64,000 nucleotides of DNA, taken from IMG/VR virus record IMGVR_UViG_3300021959_007005; one strand, written 5' to 3'. Source of the stretch: a virus (Duplodnaviria; Caudoviricetes). The translations under genes were made by a program, and so were the position numbers. The notes under the pieces were generated by a model, which did not search any database, was not told where the DNA came from, and was given only the letters and a program-made list of their open reading frames with translations. Of this stretch, positions 44,840 to 56,500 are shown piece after piece; the first letter of the stretch is position 1, and every line of letters begins with the position of its first letter.

Positions 44840-44868
44840 ACTATAACTTATTTAGTAGTAAATGTCAA
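44840..44868 (-). promoter_or_regulatory. Nested sigma70-type and late promoter
   Basis: TTGACA (44868-44863), 17 nt spacer, TATAGT (44845-44840), with CTAAATA (44855-44849) inside the spacer. Confidence 0.7.
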
Positions 44869-44875
44869 CGGAACT

Positions 44876-46027
44876 TTATGGAGTATTATCATCACTTGTG
44901 TTAAAACTATTTGTAACTTGACATGTGGGTACTGGATTAACATCAAATTCTGCATCTTTATATGTAACAATATCTGGCATTAATAAACTAAGATTGGCAG
45001 TTGTAACACCGTCAACATATTGTGCTAAACTAGTATCATCAAGAACTAGTTTAAAGTGAACTTCCTTACCACCATTGGCCCACTTTCCGTAAAGTTTAAA
45101 TTTCATACTTTGGTATGCGCCACCGTATCCACTATATCCACTATATCCTGTTGGACTAATTCCAATACCAGAGTATGCAGACCCGCCTCCGTCTACATAT
45201 ATGTAATCGCCACTAGCTCCCCCATAACCATAACCATAGCCATAACCACTTATTGTTACTCCGCTGCTAGTATAAAGTAGACCTTCATTATGATACCCAG
45301 CATCTGATCCATCACCATAATTTTCGGTTAGGTCATAAAACCCCTTGCCTTCACTAGTACCACCAGTAAATGCAGCACTTTCGAAAACATTATCATATGT
45401 AAAGTTTAACTGACCCATTTCATTTAAAATATCACTCCAGTTATAATAACCAGCAGTTGACCCACCGGTGATATTCATACTAACACGAAGTTGCCCGCCG
45501 CCGTTGAAAAAATATCTAGCATGATTATAACTATTGAATGTCCACTTATGCTCGCCATTTAATTGGTGTTGCCAAACACTGGTCCTATTATATGCTGGAC
45601 CTGTTGGTGTTATAATAAGACTACTAGCATTCGCTGCATCTACTGTTAAATGGTTATTGTTTATTAATAAGGTATTAAACTTTGATTCAACTAAATTTAA
45701 ATCTTCAGCACGTATTAAGCTATACTTAACAACATCAGTACGTCCTGTAGGTACATTAAAAATTAATATAGTATCAGGTAAAATGGTTCTATCTGTACTG
45801 ACATTTGTGCGTTCAACTAAATCTTGCAATCTTTCAGCAGTAATATCAGTACCAATAGTTAATGCATCTTCTATATTTACAGCACCCCAACCGAACTTAT
45901 GTGTTAATGCACGATTAGCATCTGTGACAGATGCAGTACTATATTTGTCACCAAATATCTTGTTAACAACTTCTGCAACGCTGTTGTATTCCGATGCTAA
46001 TACAACGGTATTGGGGCTAGCCACCAT
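44876..46027 (-). CDS. Putative virion structural (tail/baseplate) protein with a Gly-Tyr-Ser-rich segment
   Basis: Position in the structural block; FNSYNHARYFFNGGG..SITGG core; GYGYGYGYG tract. Confidence 0.6.
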   Translation of the reverse strand: MVASPNTVVLASEYNSVAEVVNKIFGDKYSTASVTDANRALTHKFGWGAVNIEDALTIGTDITAERLQDLVERTNVSTDRTILPDTILIFNVPTGRTDVVKYSLIRAEDLNLVESKFNTLLINNNHLTVDAANASSLIITPTGPAYNRTSVWQHQLNGEHKWTFNSYNHARYFFNGGGQLRVSMNITGGSTAGYYNWSDILNEMGQLNFTYDNVFESAAFTGGTSEGKGFYDLTENYGDGSDAGYHNEGLLYTSSGVTISGYGYGYGYGGASGDYIYVDGGGSAYSGIGISPTGYSGYSGYGGAYQSMKFKLYGKWANGGKEVHFKLVLDDTSLAQYVDGVTTANLSLLMPDIVTYKDAEFDVNPVPTCQVTNSFNTSDDNTP

Positions 46028-46028
46028 A

Positions 46029-46946
46029 TTACTTTACTCCGACTACTACTTCAATTGTACCTGCCTCGTCAGTATCTTTACTTTCAAGAGCTCTACCAAT
46101 TATCCTTCTATAGTCATCTAATTCTAATTGACTTGCACCTCTTGCATGCCCCGTTATATCACTGCTAACTAATCTCTGACCTTTTTTAATCTTCCCAACT
46201 ACCTTACATGGTACTCTGCCAGCTAATGCAATAAATGGATGTGTTGTATCTGTTCCTGCTGAACTATTCATTTCAAATCCTGGTGCTGTACTTACTATTC
46301 CAAACACTTCATTATCTAAATCAAAAATAGTTTGGGTTACTTCTGCATCCCCGCCTAATCTTACAATAGTACCAGCATCATATTCTGCATCTGCTGCATA
46401 ACGCTCTGCAAGGTCAGCATATTCTGCACTTGTGGCAATGCCTCTAAATTTATAATTAACTGTATTATTAAGTTGTATACCAGCTTGTATTACTGGATAC
46501 TGTGTGGTAAGTGCTGTTACATTATCTTCCAAATATTCAGTTGCATGCGGTGTCCATGCTGTTGTGTCATCAGTTATAATACTAACAATTTGTCCATCAA
46601 CAACAGTCTCAATTGTCTTATGATAATTTAATAAGGTATCTTGTCTATTTCTATATTCAATCCGTGTATCTCCAGCCGGAGCACCAATTGAATACCATTT
46701 GCCACTTTCGTATATCATTAGTGTGTTGTTTGCTGTATCATACCAAAGTTGTCCTTCAGTAGGATTACTGGGTGCGGATCCATTAGCAAAATTTTCTAAT
46801 AAATGTAGTAAATCTTCGTTTAATGCTTCGCCAAACGCTGTATAATTTTTACCAATAAGTTTTAAACTGGTACTAGTGTTAACTGTCCCATCGTTTACTA
46901 CTATTTGCGTCTTTGTACTATCTGAAAAGTCTAATGTATATGGCAT
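46029..46946 (-). CDS. Tail-fibre-like protein with a C-terminal Peptidase_G2/IMC-like domain
   Basis: N-terminal LKLIGKNY..GE..NE..LLENFA..P.NP.EGQLWYD; C-terminal YADLAERY..GIVST.PG..IALAGRVPCKV..IGRALE. Confidence 0.65.
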   Translation of the reverse strand: MPYTLDFSDSTKTQIVVNDGTVNTSTSLKLIGKNYTAFGEALNEDLLHLLENFANGSAPSNPTEGQLWYDTANNTLMIYESGKWYSIGAPAGDTRIEYRNRQDTLLNYHKTIETVVDGQIVSIITDDTTAWTPHATEYLEDNVTALTTQYPVIQAGIQLNNTVNYKFRGIATSAEYADLAERYAADAEYDAGTIVRLGGDAEVTQTIFDLDNEVFGIVSTAPGFEMNSSAGTDTTHPFIALAGRVPCKVVGKIKKGQRLVSSDITGHARGASQLELDDYRRIIGRALESKDTDEAGTIEVVVGVK

Positions 46947-46957
46947 GTTTTTTCCTA

Positions 46958-47548
46958 TTATATATCCTGGAAACTAGTTCTTATTCTTAGAGTGTATACT
47001 ACTTGAATTTTTCTATTAGCACTCTTTTGTACTGGATGAAAAACAACATGTGTTAGTAAGTCACCGTTTGCACTATAAATTCCTAGCTCATCGAAAATAT
47101 ATGTTCCTGTCTGTGATGTGGCTGTATCAGTGGCATCTTGTCCTGCTGGTACATTATAGTCTAATGTACACGTTACTTCTACGTCACTATATGTATTATT
47201 GGCAGTATGAGATACTGCACTTTTATTATATGCATCTGCTGCATCTACATTAGCAGTATGTGTAGAATTGTATAACGTTCCTGATGATGAACTAGTATTT
47301 GGCACTTTATATGTTACTGTACCAAGCCCATCTATAGTTGTGCCGCCATTACCAAATCGCATAGTCCCAATTTGATGTGTGCTTGTAGATCCTGCTTTGT
47401 TAGATAACAAGTTTGCTATAGCAATACTCATATTTTCAAAATTAACAGCATTGCGTCTGCGTACTAATACTTCACCTGATACAGGATCCCATATTTTAAT
47501 ATGTCCTTCAATCCCAATCATTGTGTCTTCTCTCTGTGATAAACTCAT
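46958..47548 (-). CDS. Putative baseplate/tail-collar-like structural protein
   Basis: GHIKIWD..RNAV..FGNGGT..FDELGIY..LLTHVVFHPVQKS..YTLRI; located in the structural block. Confidence 0.5.
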   Translation of the reverse strand: MSLSQREDTMIGIEGHIKIWDPVSGEVLVRRRNAVNFENMSIAIANLLSNKAGSTSTHQIGTMRFGNGGTTIDGLGTVTYKVPNTSSSSGTLYNSTHTANVDAADAYNKSAVSHTANNTYSDVEVTCTLDYNVPAGQDATDTATSQTGTYIFDELGIYSANGDLLTHVVFHPVQKSANRKIQVVYTLRIRTSFQDI

Positions 47549-47569
47549 ATCTCTTCTTCCAATTTATAG

Positions 47570-47577
47570 TATTTATA
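47570..47577 (-). promoter_or_regulatory. Exact T4-type late promoter TATAAATA
   Basis: Lies in a 45-nt gap, 21 nt upstream of ATG 47548. Confidence 0.7.
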
Positions 47578-47593
47578 CTTTAAAATACCATGA

Positions 47594-50500
47594 TCATATT
47601 GATCCCGGCCCTGCACTCCTAATGAAGGCATGTTCTGGCGAAATTCCTGTGGCACTTAGGCTTGTACCGCTGTCGTTGTATGCCATACGTAAATTATCAC
47701 CATAATGTGAGAATTTTTCTAGTGTTGGAATACGTGTCGACGGTCCACTGTGTATTATAGTTGAACCGTTAGTGTGTGCTTTTGCACTTGTTCCCAACGT
47801 ACCTCTTATGCAATATAGTAAATTATTATTGTCTATTGCACTATATTCAATTCTTTCGCCATTTATATATACAACTCCAGGATCTGTAGTTGGATTATCA
47901 AATAATGCTAGACTTGTCGCTGGTATTGTGGTGTCTGTTGCTGTTACGCTGCTACTTAATGATGTTTTCTGCGCATCATCAATAACATTGCTAATCTGTA
48001 CATCGTTAGGTTGATATATGCTCATTCTAAATGCTCTACTGTTTCCATCATATGTACTACCACTACTATTTGTTTGTACTGTTATTGAGATATTCTCTGT
48101 GAAATCTGTTGGATATAATTCTTCGCCCCAGCCTTCGTATGCTGCTTGGTCAAAGTTATTTCCATTATACACATATTCTATATCTCCGTCAAGTGTTGTA
48201 AATGTTATAGCGTCAACATTATCAAGCAAATTAGTAAACGTTCCGCCACTTAGTGTTGTGTCACCTTCCCATGATCTTCCACTATGGTCTTCGTACTTCA
48301 TTGTAATAACACTATTTCTAGATTGTTCTGTTGTTTGTATTCCTACTGCTTCAGCATGGGTTGTTGACTCCATACCAGTTCTTAGTTTAGTATGGAAAGG
48401 TTTAATATCATTTATAAAGTCTTCCACAACGCTAACATCATAATTTGCATAGTTTGTTTGTGTTAAACTTAACGGACGGTTGACTTGTAATTTAACGTAT
48501 GTTGTTTTAAAGGCAAAGTCATCTGTTGTATTTTGTGTGATTGCTTCGTTTAACATATCAAACCAAAGTTTATTATATTTTACTTGATGTTTTCCTATAA
48601 ACAATCTTGTTCTTATTAAATCAAACAGCTCACTAATAACAACACTACTATCGCTATCAAACGGTACAATATCAAAGCCAGCAGCGTCAAAACCATGACC
48701 AAATTTACTTTGGTTCCATAATTCCTCGCTCACCTCTATAGTACCTAACTTTTTCCAACACATTGTCCAGCCATTATTGTAAACATACATTTCATTTCTA
48801 TTTTTACTATCAGGACCAGGTACGTTTTTAATTAGCATGTACTGTCCATTTAATGGTGTTACAACACCAACACTATCATAATAATCTTGTATTGAATTAT
48901 ATGTATAAGTTGGTGTAGTATTTTTATTAAATTGGTATGTTATGTTTCCATTACTATCATAATCCGTTCTTGACCAATCAACCCAATTCCAATATTTGTT
49001 TACACTATATGTTACGTTTGCATTAGTGAATGTGTGATCAAATGTATTTTGCCAATTACTTGTATCAGAAACAATTGGTGTTTCTGCAAGTAACTTGTTT
49101 AAGCTATATACAAAATTGTGTCTTGCATCAACTAGGTTCCTATACAAAGATTGTACAGGTCGAATACTTTGCCCATATCTGTTGAACTCATGTAAATTAA
49201 GATCTGGAACCATTTGTCCACGCCACACATTGATATCGTCTGTCTCAGTTTCGGCTGGTAACGTATACTCTTGAATTTCTGCCCAGTATGTCATTGCTGA
49301 ATCTAGACTTGGTTGTTGATTTATGTTATCAGGTATAACTGCCTGTCCAAACATCCTGGCAGGGAAAGTACTTACATAATATTTACCACCGTCAGTTACA
49401 ACATCATTTATTCTATATGTTGTACTTGCATTCCACGCTGTGTAAACCACTCGCTCTTGATAGTTATTAAACCCTGACAAACTGTCACGCATTTTTATAT
49501 GAAGCTGTTCAGGAATAACACTGTCAATATCACCATCACTTAATAATGTCCATTCGTTTAACGGAAGTGCATTACTATCATATATTTGGTTAACTTGTAT
49601 TACTGAGTTTTTATTAACATAATTGTCTACATTGTTTATAAACAATAAATTACTGCTACTCGCTGCACACCAACTTAGATCAAATCCACTAGGGTTCTCC
49701 ATCAATCTTGCTAATTGATAAGTGTTGTAGTTTCTTTGTCCACTATAGCTAGTTTTGTTCTTAACCCAAAAGTAATAAAACGTTTCACTCTCGTTGGATT
49801 TATTATTATAATAGGTTTGTTCTGCCCAATAATACAACTGTTCGCCATCTAGCATTACTGAATATGCTTCTCCGCTTGCTGGTTTACCATCAACTAAGTT
49901 TCCAAAACTAACAAATTGTTCCCACTGTTCAGGTAAAACTGGACTGCGTGTCCATTCATAAATGTCAATACTTGCACCATCAAACAATCTACCCCAATTA
50001 CTTTGTTGATAATCAATACTACCTTGTTCATAGTTTAAATAAATTGCACTGTTAATATCCCACCAACGCTGTCCAACATTGGTTGCTCCCCAACATCTAG
50101 CTTCATCTAATTGACCGTCAATAGTAGTATGATTATATGTTGCAATATCACTACTTACTATGAAATCAATTTCGTTTTTAATAAACCCAGGAATAATACC
50201 TTTTGCTGGATCAAATGTTTCTATAGTAGTAATCGTAGTTTGCGATTTAGCATCATAGATTTTAACATTTTCTATTAGATCATTTCTAGCCTGATTTGGC
50301 ATAGATCTAATTGCTAACCATTCACCATTTGTATGTCCAACTGTATTACTAAACGTGCCAGTCCACTTATATACAGTTGGTGTGCCTGTGTTGTCATCAT
50401 TAACATATGCATAAATGGGAGTTTGTTGATTATTTTGTCTATAGCCACTAAAGTTAAATTTATACGCACCACCTGAATTTGGTGTACCTTTTAGTACCTT

Positions 50501-53500
50501 AGTATTATACTCAGTGTCTAATGTTGCTTTGTCTTTAAATGTAACATTTTTTAGTGGATATACATTTCCTTCTGTAGCTTCCGTTTCAATATATTCATCT
50601 ATATAAAATTTATTTGATGATGACGTATCAACTTTGGTTACTTTATGTATTCCATCAATATTTGGTTTACTATTACTACCACGTATTAATACATAATCAC
50701 CAACTAATACATTGTGTGCTTGTGAATTTGCCAAAATAATTTCTGCATCGTCTGCTTCAGTGATTCCAGCACAAATTCTATGTGCATACATTCCAAAGTC
50801 CATTGTTTGGTAAACGGCATAGCCCCTATTAAAGTTTCCTTGGAAACTATTATCAGCAACCCATATACTAAACAAGTTTGGATCATAAGTCATTTGTTGA
50901 AATACTACATTATTATTTACTATAGCTTCAAATACATTTGATACTGTACTTTGGGTTGCACTATATGTTAGTGCAGTAAGTCCAACTGAACTGTTACTAG
51001 TACCTGCACCAATAATAAGGATAGGGTTTGTACTGGTTATTTTTAGTCTGTTATTACTATTACTTGCTGTAACACCAGTAATTCCTTTACTGTTAATTTT
51101 TCCAATTATTGAAGTAATGTCTAGATTAACGTCAGTTTCAGTTGTTGTTGTACCAGCAAGGATAACACCAGTTGTCAACCCTATTACACTATTTGATGTA
51201 CCACCACCAATAAACAAGGTAGCGGCATTACAGTTTATTTGTAATAAGTTTGTGTTTGAACTATTAATCTGAGCAGTTATACTTGTAATGCTAGCTGCAT
51301 TAATTTGATCAACAACTTGTGCAATTGTTAAATTTGGAGTACTTGATGCAACACTACTAGTTGCTGATGTTGTATCAGCTGGTATACCCACATCACCATT
51401 TGCTGTTCCTGAACCAATAATTAAATCAAACGCAACACCAGGAGTAGATGTTGTCTTAGTTATACGCAATCTATTACTGCTATTTTGTACTGTAATATTT
51501 GCTATACCAATTGATGTAATTCTATTAATAATATCACTCAGTGTGTATACTTTAAATCCACTTGTTGTTTCTGTAGTTACAATTGTGCTTGGCGTGATAA
51601 CACTGCTAGCATTAGCTGAGTTTGTTAAGTATGTTTTAAACCCAAGCATGTATTGACCATTTGCAATCGCAGCCTGTGATCCAGATATATGTGCTGGTGT
51701 AATAATTTGTGTTCCAGCTAATACTGCTGATGCAGTATATGGACTACCATTTAATAAGTTTATGATAGCAACGTCATCTGTTATTAATGCAGCAAGTTGA
51801 CTTTGATAAGCTGGTGCAGCATTGTATTCTACAAGAAGTTGACTAATATTTAATTGTCCAGCACTTGTACAGTATGTGGACATAAAGCTAGCCCAAGCCG
51901 CGGCGCCATTAACTGCTACATATGCACTTCTTAATGCTTCAAGTGCAGCAATTCTATTGGTACTACTATGTGAAATACCAGCAGTACTAAATGCATTACT
52001 ATATGCAACACTGGCAGTAATGTTTGCTGTATTATTTTGTGTTTCATTGAATGGTATTGTGTTACCATCAATAATTAATGTTTTAGCTGCACTACCATTA
52101 ATAGTTGGGTTAGTTGTGGTTCCGTTTATTACAATATCATTAAACGTTGTTGTATTCACCACGTTAGAAAATACAATTGTTTGCGCCGTTGCAGATGTCG
52201 TGCCTAAAATTAAACTACTACCATGAGTAACTACGTTTGAGCTAACTAAATCATTTCCACCGATTTTTTGTATTACGCCTTGTACTGTTGATGTTGCAGT
52301 ACGTGTCAGTGGAATTGATATATTATCTAATATCAGTGTGTTTGATAAATTACTAGCTACATTTGGTAATGTAATACTTCCGATTACTTCAATTGGATCA
52401 TTTGGTGTAGTTAAGCCACTACTGCCATCAATGTCCACCATTTGCCACGTTTTGCCTTGGTGTAAAATTTTGTCATTAAATTTGTAGCTTGTTCTATTAT
52501 TCCAAGCATAAATGTCTTGCCATTCTCCTGAAAAATTATAATCAGTTTTTGTTTCCAAAGGAAACGTTGCAAGATCATCTCTGTTTATTACTCTGTAATC
52601 TACTTCACTTGTTAGCGGTAATCCTGCAGTTATAAAGTCATTAGCATAAGTTTCTTCATAACTAATAGTATCACCAGATTCTAAAATTCTTGGAAGTCTA
52701 GTTGTAAAGTTGTCTCCTGGAGTACCAGTAACAAGTAACGGACTATTATGATCAACATCAATAACAACATCAGTTAAAACATCATTAACTTCTTCTGCGC
52801 TAAATCTAACTGCCTGTGGGCTAGTAGTTAATAAGTCTGGTGTTATTTGAAATTCTATAGTATCTCTACTACGTGTATCACCATAATCAGCTGTTCTGAT
52901 TGCCCACTCTTCATGTATATTTGCCGTTGCATCACCATCAAATAATGATTTATTTTTCATAAACGCATCTAATGCAAGTCGTGTACCTCTATATTTTCGA
53001 GTACCTTTTATGAATTCATACAATGTGTCATCATCTATGTCAAGTTTAGAACTCCATTCTGGTTTGTTATATCCAACATTAAATCTTGCAACATCAACAA
53101 TTTGTTGATTATTGATGGTGTTCCCTCTTCCATAATACTGGTCCATTTCTCTTGCACTAGTATCTAAGTTATCCACAATAGTATTATCAGTTATAATATA
53201 GCCTGGTGCATATAGCTTACCATTCCAGTTCTTAGTTTTACTACCACGCCATTTAATTCTTGTATGTCTTTGCCCAAGTGCTGGATTATAGATAACATCA
53301 TCAAAATTTGTACTATTATCAAATACAATCGCATGTTCAAGTTCAACTTTGTAAAGTCTAATACCCGCAATAAATGTTTTATCAGGATCTTTAACTGATA
53401 TTGTTGTTATTGCATCTTCACCTTTATCAAATTCACGAACTATATAAATTTCACTACTGCTGATTTGTTTACCATATGGATCTATTAAATTATAAACCCC

Positions 53501-56500
53501 ATCATATTTGCGATCAATATTATCATAATATCCAACTGGACCATCAGCAATGCTGATTGTGCTAGTACTAGGCATTAACACACTTGATTCATTTAATATT
53601 GCAGTATCAGCCCATTGTAGGAAGTTGCTTGCCATTGCATCCCAAGTTTCCTGCCACCCCTGTTGCCTTGCATATTCGCCATAACCACGTATTACGTCAT
53701 AAACCGCTTGCTCACTTAAAAGAACAGTGTTATAAGATAGTGAGTGTAAAGTTTGCCCAAAGTTTAAATATTTTGTAACACTGAACTTATCACTTACTAC
53801 TGTAGTACTTGTACCGCCTTCATTTGTAGCGTAATACTTGAATGATCCGTCACTATTGTCAAATCCAGATATACTATAACCAGTACTTACTTTTTTAACT
53901 TTAACGCCACCAATAAAAAGTTCTTTATTGGGCTTAGTAGTATAAAAAATAGTGTTATAATTTTCTTCTGGTAATGCAACTTTTCCTTTATCTTGGCTAC
54001 TTTCCAAGATAAAGTTTTGATTATTTGTGTTAACAAATCCTCCTGCTCTAACAATTGGATTGTATTGTAAGTTTTTAAATCTGGTTGTTAATTCAGTAGC
54101 ATTGGATTTATTGTTTGTTACATAATCAACAATACTGTTACTCAACCCTGATACATATTTTCTAGCATCTTTGGATAAATTTACTTCAAGAGTTGCATTT
54201 CCACTAGAGATGGTTACTGTTGGTTTACTATAATAATTTTCTCCAGGGGTTAATACTGATACTCCAGTAACAGATCCGGAACCAACTGATCCTAAAAGTT
54301 GTCCACCAAAACCAAAATTATCATATACTGTAAGTGTAGGTACTGTAGAGTATCCAGTTCCACCATCAGTTACGGTTACACTTTCAATTATACTACCTGG
54401 ATATATTGTGTTACTAAGTTCTATCTGCCTGTTATTACCAAGCTGTTTTTTATTATCATTATAATAAATTGACGAATAGTATTGGTATCCTGTAGTTTTC
54501 TTTCTAGTTAAACTATTGAAGTATGTATTTAAGATCCAATTTGGTCTTAGTTTCATAAGACCAAATATCAGTGAAAATTTATATTCACTACTTGCACGCC
54601 AATCAGCTTCTACTGGTCCCCAATCACCAAATACAAAATCTTTACTTGCATTTACTGGTGTAGGCGCTGTTACTATTCCTGCAGTAACTGGATCATTTAA
54701 TACTCCACCTGTTGTTACTAAAGTATCAACCATCCACTGGTATTCACTATATGTATAATTATCATCATATACTGGTGTTAGTGACGGATCAGACACTTTG
54801 CCCCATCTTAATGCAGTATTTAATGCTATACGTTTGAATGCATCAGTCCAACTATAATATGTATCCCACCAAGTTGGTTTTATGTTATGTCCTAACATTT
54901 CCCAAGGATGCGTATGTGGTCTATCTGTATTAAAATAATATGTATATAACCCTCTCCAGCCGCCAATTCCTGGTCCTACACTACTGTAATTCCATGTAAA
55001 TTTATCAGTACCGTCATAATACAGAACACGATTTAGTGTTGTAACATTGTTGCGAAGTTTCCAACTATTAAATTCACTTGCTAGACTATTATTCAAATCA
55101 TTCCATGTATATGCAAGTGTTTTATGAGATGTAGGCATAATTTCAGTATATGATGTAACTGTATTCAATGAGGCGTTTAAGTTATTACTAATTCTATTTT
55201 CCAAATCCCATAATGCTGCATCCTCTATACTAAATCCAGCAATGGACTTATTAAACATCTCGGTACCTTTACGATAGTGTACACTACCATCGTGTCCAGT
55301 AATAACTGCATCTGTTGCTGTACCTGTACTAGTAAATGCATAATTATTTGCTATCTCTGGAGCATATGGCTTTACCAATCCTAATTTTACTGCACTAGGG
55401 GGAATATAGCTAACACTATCTTGTGGGTACCATCTTATATGAGCGTATGCAAGTCCACTTGAATCAAATGTTACTACAGGATGTATATTAATTGTATTAA
55501 TTGTTAGTGTGTATTCATGTGATTGTAATGGTCGCCAAATTGGTTCATTATTAGCGTCTAAACTGTTAATCCAAACTTGTATATGGTTTTTTGTATCGCC
55601 ATAGGTGTTAACTACTTTAGGTAAATCAAATAGTTGCGGCATTGATGCTGTCCAACTGTAATCCTGGCTTTCAAAATCTTTATACATAGCCATATTACTA
55701 TTATTAAATTCGCTGTCTGTATTCTTACCTAAGTTAATAGACGCTAGTGCAGCATCTACAATTTCATGTACTGGAGTTTCTAATGGGCTATTATTGTATA
55801 TTTGAACAACTTTTTGTAAAAATTGTGCTTTAAATCTTCTATAGCTCTGTGTACTGTATCTTATTGAACTATAAGGGTCAGTGTCTGGATCTGACAATAA
55901 TTGTCCCAGAACTTCTGTACTGAACGGCTGTTGTCTGATAGTTCCACCAAATTCATGCAGTTGTGTCATAGTATGATAATTATTTTCACCAAATAAAGTT
56001 GTTTGGTGTTTTGGTGTGCTGTCTAATTGGTGCTGCATATGTGTCATAAGATCAGCATAGCTACTAGTTTTAAGAGTATCATTTTGTGGATTAAGTATAT
56101 GAGAATCAGCTGGTAAAAAATCACCTTCAGCATCTGCACTTAATTGACTATTACTATGATAAGTTACATCAAAAACATCGTCAATTGCTGATGTATTGAT
56201 AGTAATAACTCCATTAGCATATGTATAATTTGTAAACTCAACATTATTTTTTAACACTTGAATATTAGTATTGTTTGTGTTATCTGTTACGTACACTATA
56301 CCATAAATGTTAGGGTTAGTTACATTTCTATATTTGAATGCAACTTTATTGGCAGCGCCAGCAGCAACATTTATTGTAAATTTATCGTTAGTGCCGTTTG
56401 CACCTCGAGTAATTCCACTAAATGCCGTTCCATCTAAATTAACAAACTCAATTGCATTGGGATTAAATTTACAATGTACAGTATAGTCTACACCTTGATC

